Shown: positions 14,916 through 19,163 of the stretch, piece after piece
Position numbering within the stretch: the stretch's first letter is position 1
Layout: every line of letters starts with the position of its first letter
Source of the DNA: a bacterium
GTDB taxonomy: Bacteria; SZUA-182; DTGQ01; JAFGSM01
Assembly: GCA_049472335.1 (NCBI GenBank)
Contig: JBLIRO010000086.1
Span: 1-19,163, forward strand
Direction of reading: 5' to 3'
DNA length: 19,163 bases
Made by a program: the position numbers and the translations under genes
The notes under the pieces: generated by a model
What the model saw: the letters and a program-made list of their open reading frames with translations, nothing else
What the model was told of the DNA's origin: nothing
The model's database searches: none

Positions 14916-15179
14916 GTCCCTCTCTGGATAAATATTTTATACATCACTGCACATCTAATTGACGGACTCATTACCCTTGCCATATATAATAGACGTATAA
15001 AAAATCCAAATTTCCCAAGTAGATTTTATGTGTCAATATCAAAAGAAGTGTTAGGAAGGGACTTGACAAAGGGGAACACAGGTGATCAAAACATTTGGTT
15101 TCTCAAAGCTCCCTGCAGCGGACGAGTTGCGCAACCCTTTTTTTCCCGTGCAAAAAACCGGATCTTGATTTCGATCAGA

Positions 15180-15254
15180 TATATCCACATCTCTGAGGCT
15201 TTCTCTATAAGTAAGTTGTGCAAATGCCATACATAGAAATTGATCGAAACAGGA
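15180..15254 (-). mobile_element. IS4-family transposase N-terminal (DUF4372-type) remnant
   Basis: SCFDQFLCMAFAQLTYRESLRDVDI matches the conserved FSC.DQFLCMAFAQLTYRESLRDIE segment; the flanks are unrelated. Confidence 0.85.
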
Positions 15255-15297
15255 AACACCTTCCAGGCTGACCAAAATTAAAATTGCCGGTAGGGAT

Positions 15298-15348
15298 TTG
15301 ACTAATTTTTTTGTTCCGCATATAATATTTATGACTAGAAGGGTCATA
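15298..15348 (+). promoter_or_regulatory. Sigma70 promoter and palindromic operator of the Phd/VapC operon
   Basis: TTGACT (15298)-N17-TATAAT (15321); TATGAC-TAGAAGG-GTCATA palindrome at 15330-15348; AAGGAGG RBS at 15361. Confidence 0.75.
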
Positions 15349-15376
15349 TGTTTAAGACCAAAGGAGGAATAAATTA

Positions 15377-15664
15377 ATGCAATCCACTTCCGTATCTGAA
15401 CTAAAGGCATCTCTAAGTCATTATTTAACTATGGTAAAGGCCGGTGAAGAGATTATTATAACTGATAGGGGAAGGCCTGTTGCTAAAATTGTTTCTTTAA
15501 AAAAAAATGACTTGCAGATGCCTTCGCATTTAAAGGAATTAGAGCGTGCCGGACTAATACGTATTGGATCCGGGATAATCGATAAAGAATTTTGGAAATT
15601 GTCCAGACCTGTTGATTCAAAAGGATTAGCTCTTAAGACATTATTGGAAGAAAGGGAAGAATGA
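15377..15664 (+). CDS. Type II antitoxin, Phd/YefM family
   Basis: SVSELKASLSHYLTMVKAGEEIIITDRGRPVAKIV signature. Confidence 0.93.
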   Translation: MQSTSVSELKASLSHYLTMVKAGEEIIITDRGRPVAKIVSLKKNDLQMPSHLKELERAGLIRIGSGIIDKEFWKLSRPVDSKGLALKTLLEEREE

Positions 15665-16101
15665 CGATGATGTTTTGGGACGCATCTGCAATCATTCCTT
15701 TATGTGTTACCGAGAAATATTCAAATATCATGAAGAAATTGTTGACAGAAGATCCTTTAATGGCTGTCTGGTGGGGAACTCCACTTGAGTGTTATTCCAC
15801 TTTTGCCAGATTACTCAGAGATTGTATTATTAATAGCCAGGAAGAACAAAAAGCCAAAAAACCTTTAGATAAATTGACCGACATTTGGACAGAAATCAAT
15901 CCAAGTTATGATATTCGGGATCAGGCCATCCGTCTTATTTCTGTTCACCCGCTAAAGGCAGCCGATTCACTTCAATTAGCCGCTGCCATCATTTGGTCAG
16001 GAAAAAGTCCTAAAGATTACCATTTCGTCTGTTTAGATAAAAAATTGAGAGAAGCAGCTTTAAAAGAGGGATTTACAATAGTTCCCTTAAATATCGAATA
16101 A
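15661..16101 (+). CDS. vapC: Type II toxin, PIN-domain VapC family
   Basis: FWDASAIIPL, E in TPLEC, LKAADSLQLAAA, FVCLDKKLREAALKEGF; ATGA overlap with the antitoxin. Confidence 0.92.
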   Translation: MTMMFWDASAIIPLCVTEKYSNIMKKLLTEDPLMAVWWGTPLECYSTFARLLRDCIINSQEEQKAKKPLDKLTDIWTEINPSYDIRDQAIRLISVHPLKAADSLQLAAAIIWSGKSPKDYHFVCLDKKLREAALKEGFTIVPLNIE

Positions 16102-16591
16102 GCCATAAAAATCAAAAGACAAAACCCTCATGCTGATCCATTCCTTCCATGACAATTTACAAGTTTCTCAATTCCACCCAATCCAACTTCTATTTTTAGC
16201 CCAAGGATATACTATCATGATCAAAAGTGGACAAGTAAAGCAGGAAGCAGACCTTGTGAGAAAAGTGGTAATCTCCCGTGTTTGTTCCCGTGAGATATCT
16301 TTATTAACCAATTCATAGGGAGAGATATTCACCTTCCACTATACTGTCTTTGACAGATGTTAAGTACCCATTTTAAGGCATAAATATATTAATTATCAAG
16401 AAGTTTAACTTTATATTTTTATGTGATAATGTGATCAAAGCTATTACCTACCAATTATTGAAAAAATCTTTTATCATGCTCTCCTATTTTTACTTTATCT
16501 CAGATGTTATTTCGTTTTGAATCTCTTGGCACGAGTGACTAAATCATAGAGCCCAGGGATTACTGTTTTCAAACCTAATTCACACTTACCC

Positions 16592-16661
16592 TTGACAAAG
16601 AAAAACTATTGTTTTATATTTGTTTCGGTTAGGTATAATTTTATTTACCATAAGTGAAACA
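16592..16661 (+). promoter_or_regulatory. Sigma70 promoter and inverted-repeat operator of the AbiE operon
   Basis: TTGACA (16592)-N17-TATATT (16615); imperfect inverted repeat TGTTTCggTTAGGTA...TACCaTAAgtGAAACA at 16621-16661. Confidence 0.65.
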
Positions 16662-17298
16662 TATGATAATAGATAAGATCAATCAAGAAATACCCTTTAT
16701 TCGTAAAGACAACTTTCGGTTATTATTCGAAGATATCAAAGATAATTCATATAATCAGGATATAAAAAATTGGCTTAAGACCGGAAAAATAATATCTCTA
16801 AAACGAGGTCTTTATATCTTTTCAAGTTACTGGAATAAATGCCAGAACAAAGATGAATACTTAAATTATCTTTCCTCAGTATTATACTGTCCATCTTATG
16901 TAAGCAAAGAAACTGTTTTAGCCAGATATGGCATGTTAACAGAGTCAGTGTATGGGATATCCGCGATAAGCTTAAAGACTTTCCGTGTTTTTTCATCAGA
17001 TATTGCCATATTTAGTTATTCTAAAATCAAGGAATCTTTGTTTGTGGGATTTGTTGAACAATCCTTTATAAATAATAACTATTATATTGCAACTAAAAGC
17101 AAGGCCCTTTTTGATTATCTATATTTTTATAAAAGAAAAATGAATATTGTGGATGAATATACAGTTGAAGAACTAAGGATAAATTTTGAACGGATGAAGA
17201 CTATTGACTGGCGAGAATTTGAAAAGTATTTAGCAATCGCAAAAAGTACAAAATTAGAGAAAATTTATAAAATAATAAGGAAAGAATATGTTCCTTAA
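16654..17298 (+). CDS. abiEi: Type IV TA antitoxin, AbiEi family (start may be ATG 16663)
   Basis: W.K.GKIISLKRGLY, LYCPSYVS.ETVLARYGMLTE.VY, YYIATKSKALFDYLY; overlaps the downstream nucleotidyltransferase. Confidence 0.85.
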   Translation: MKHMIIDKINQEIPFIRKDNFRLLFEDIKDNSYNQDIKNWLKTGKIISLKRGLYIFSSYWNKCQNKDEYLNYLSSVLYCPSYVSKETVLARYGMLTESVYGISAISLKTFRVFSSDIAIFSYSKIKESLFVGFVEQSFINNNYYIATKSKALFDYLYFYKRKMNIVDEYTVEELRINFERMKTIDWREFEKYLAIAKSTKLEKIYKIIRKEYVP

Positions 17299-18139
17299 TC
17301 AGATTAAGAAATTGGTCAGCTCTTTAAAGGCAAAAGGACTCCGAAATGACTTTATTGTAAACAGTATAAAAGAATATTTGCAGTTGTACGCCTTAAATTA
17401 TATTTACAATAACAAAGAATATAATCGCAAGCTAATATTTACTGGAGGTACATGCCTTCATTTTTGTTTTAATCTCCCACGATTATCAGAGGATATCGAC
17501 TTTGACTACGAAGATGATCTTATCATTGAAAAATTACAGATAGATATTGAACAATTTTTTAATAGTACATTAAAATTTCCTGATGTAACTTCAGTGATAA
17601 AAAGTCAAAATCAAAAAATATATCTTAAGTTTCCCATTCTAAAGGAATTATCTTTATCTTTTGAAAATTCTTATATCTTGTATCTAAAAATTGAGCCTAG
17701 TCGAGTACCTAAAGCTTCAAAAAATATTGAAATAACAACTATCAGCAAGGAAGGATTATATTTTTTTATTAGACGTTACTCTTTGTCTGATTTAATGAGC
17801 GGTAAGTTAAATGCCTTCTTAACCAGATCCTTTTTTAAAGGAAGGAAGAACGAAGTCGATTTTAAAGGAAGGGATGTTTTTGATTTGGTCTGGTATATGG
17901 GGCAAGAAGTTCAACCAAATTTTGAAAGATTAAAAGGATTGCTTGAGGGAACTATATATCAAAACCATAGCTGGGAGAAAATATTAGATACAATCGGAGA
18001 AAAATTAGAAAAAATAAAAAGAGAGCATATAATAATTGATATACAGCAGTTTATTGAAGATAAAAATGTTGTAAATTCTCTTATTGATAATTACTTACAG
18101 GTATTTGAACAGTATTATCGCAAATATAAGAACAGATAG
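17288..18139 (+). CDS. abiEii: Type IV TA toxin, AbiEii nucleotidyltransferase
   Basis: KEYLQ..L, LIFTGGTCLHFCFNLPRLSEDIDF, SGKLNAFLTR, KGRDVFDLVWY. Confidence 0.92.
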   Translation: MFLNQIKKLVSSLKAKGLRNDFIVNSIKEYLQLYALNYIYNNKEYNRKLIFTGGTCLHFCFNLPRLSEDIDFDYEDDLIIEKLQIDIEQFFNSTLKFPDVTSVIKSQNQKIYLKFPILKELSLSFENSYILYLKIEPSRVPKASKNIEITTISKEGLYFFIRRYSLSDLMSGKLNAFLTRSFFKGRKNEVDFKGRDVFDLVWYMGQEVQPNFERLKGLLEGTIYQNHSWEKILDTIGEKLEKIKREHIIIDIQQFIEDKNVVNSLIDNYLQVFEQYYRKYKNR

Positions 18140-18287
18140 GGATATAAATACAGCCGGAAACAAATATTTCTCAGCTTTTCTCAGGTCAGGAGGATTCAAC
18201 ACATATATCACATTGTGATTGCTGATGTTACAATAAATGGGAAATACATCCCATCCATAAAGATTGTTTTGCTGAGGATAATCAGAG

Positions 18288-19163
18288 ATGAATTTTCAAG
18301 TACATAGACCACAAGGATATATTGGAACAGGAGATAAATCACTGCCTAAGATCATTAGAGATCTTGAACAGAACCTCATAAAAGCGCAGGATTTTTTTGC
18401 TTATGAGACTTTATGTCTAACAAATAGTAAACTTGAGGAATTAGCATGTGTTTTGGTTGAATTTATAGAAGATATTCACAATGATATTGGCATTTGGAAA
18501 TGCTATGAAAGATATAACTTTGAATTTTTTAAAACTCCACTGCCACTTACTCTTCAGCCAAATACAGAAATAGAAGAAAAGGAACAGTTAAAATATCGTG
18601 TCCAACAATTACTATATGTTCTATATCCGGAACTTATACCAGGCCTTATTCTTTCTCCAAGTCATAAAGATTTGATTTTCCTTGCAGATTATATTTTTAA
18701 ATTTCTTGAACAGCAATTTAGCCAGGTTCCCCAAGGATCAGGGATAAAAACATTCCTTTCCCAGACGAATAAATATGGTTGGGATGTGAAGAGAAAACTT
18801 ATTTGGTTAGGTCAGCATTCATATTTTTTCCGGCATAGTTTTCAAAATTACGTTATCAAAGAACATGGTGGGAAAATGGAGATCCCAATAATCGATGATT
18901 TTATTTGTCAGGAAAACACTTGTTGGTCTGGACTTGGCATTATTGATATTTTAGCTGCGGTATTAGATATTAATGAAAGCAGACGCCAAGAATTAAGAAG
19001 CTGGTATGAAAGGCATATAGGATACTACAAAGTTATAGCAGTTAAAGGCCCCATTATAGAAATGATAAATATAATCAATGATCAACCGTATAAGGTCAGG
19101 GTAGGATGGGATAATAGCAGCCGATTCAAGGTTCAACAGATTGTCTTCGGAAGTTTAGTGCCC
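18288..19163 (+). CDS. DUF3843-like protein, runs off the window end (missing from the ORF track)
   Basis: Hand translation is open from ATG 18288 to the end: MNFQVHRPQGY...LVEFIEDIHNDIGIWKCYERYNFEFFKTPLPL...WDVKRKLIWLGQHSYFF. GAGG lies upstream. The family call is from remembered motifs. Confidence 0.65.
   Translation, partial: MNFQVHRPQGYIGTGDKSLPKIIRDLEQNLIKAQDFFAYETLCLTNSKLEELACVLVEFIEDIHNDIGIWKCYERYNFEFFKTPLPLTLQPNTEIEEKEQLKYRVQQLLYVLYPELIPGLILSPSHKDLIFLADYIFKFLEQQFSQVPQGSGIKTFLSQTNKYGWDVKRKLIWLGQHSYFFRHSFQNYVIKEHGGKMEIPIIDDFICQENTCWSGLGIIDILAAVLDINESRRQELRSWYERHIGYYKVIAVKGPIIEMINIINDQPYKVRVGWDNSSRFKVQQIVFGSLVP

Overview
AT-rich bacterial DNA with two parts. Left (about 0.5-10.2 kb, + strand): seven predicted secreted proteins, most carrying a long, nearly uncharged Tyr/Gly/Pro/Ser/Asn/Gln-rich low-complexity (LC) module. 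In five the module is joined to a different folded cargo: a chagasin/I42-like Ig fold, a thermolysin-type propeptide (FTP+PepSY) without a protease domain, a CBM-like jelly-roll domain that appears circularly permuted between two neighbours (with Ig/cadherin-like domains and TSP3 Ca-binding repeats in the larger one), and an unassigned domain. One protein is nearly pure GLYGG repeat and one is a truncated paralog. An eighth protein of this design lies at 13792-14826 (-). The best candidate for an undescribed system is a modular Tyr-rich secreted matrix/envelope protein family. Right (10.2-19.2 kb): a patchwork accessory region with an IS91 remnant, a PEP-CTERM gene with a sigma54 promoter and two TGT-N11-ACA sites, a higher-GC DUF362/ferredoxin gene preceded by a dead aldo-keto reductase tail, an IS4 remnant, a Phd/VapC type II TA pair, an AbiEi/AbiEii type IV TA pair and a DUF3843-like ORF that runs off the end. 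No rRNA, tRNA or CRISPR array was seen. All family calls are by-eye motif recognition; no database search was run.
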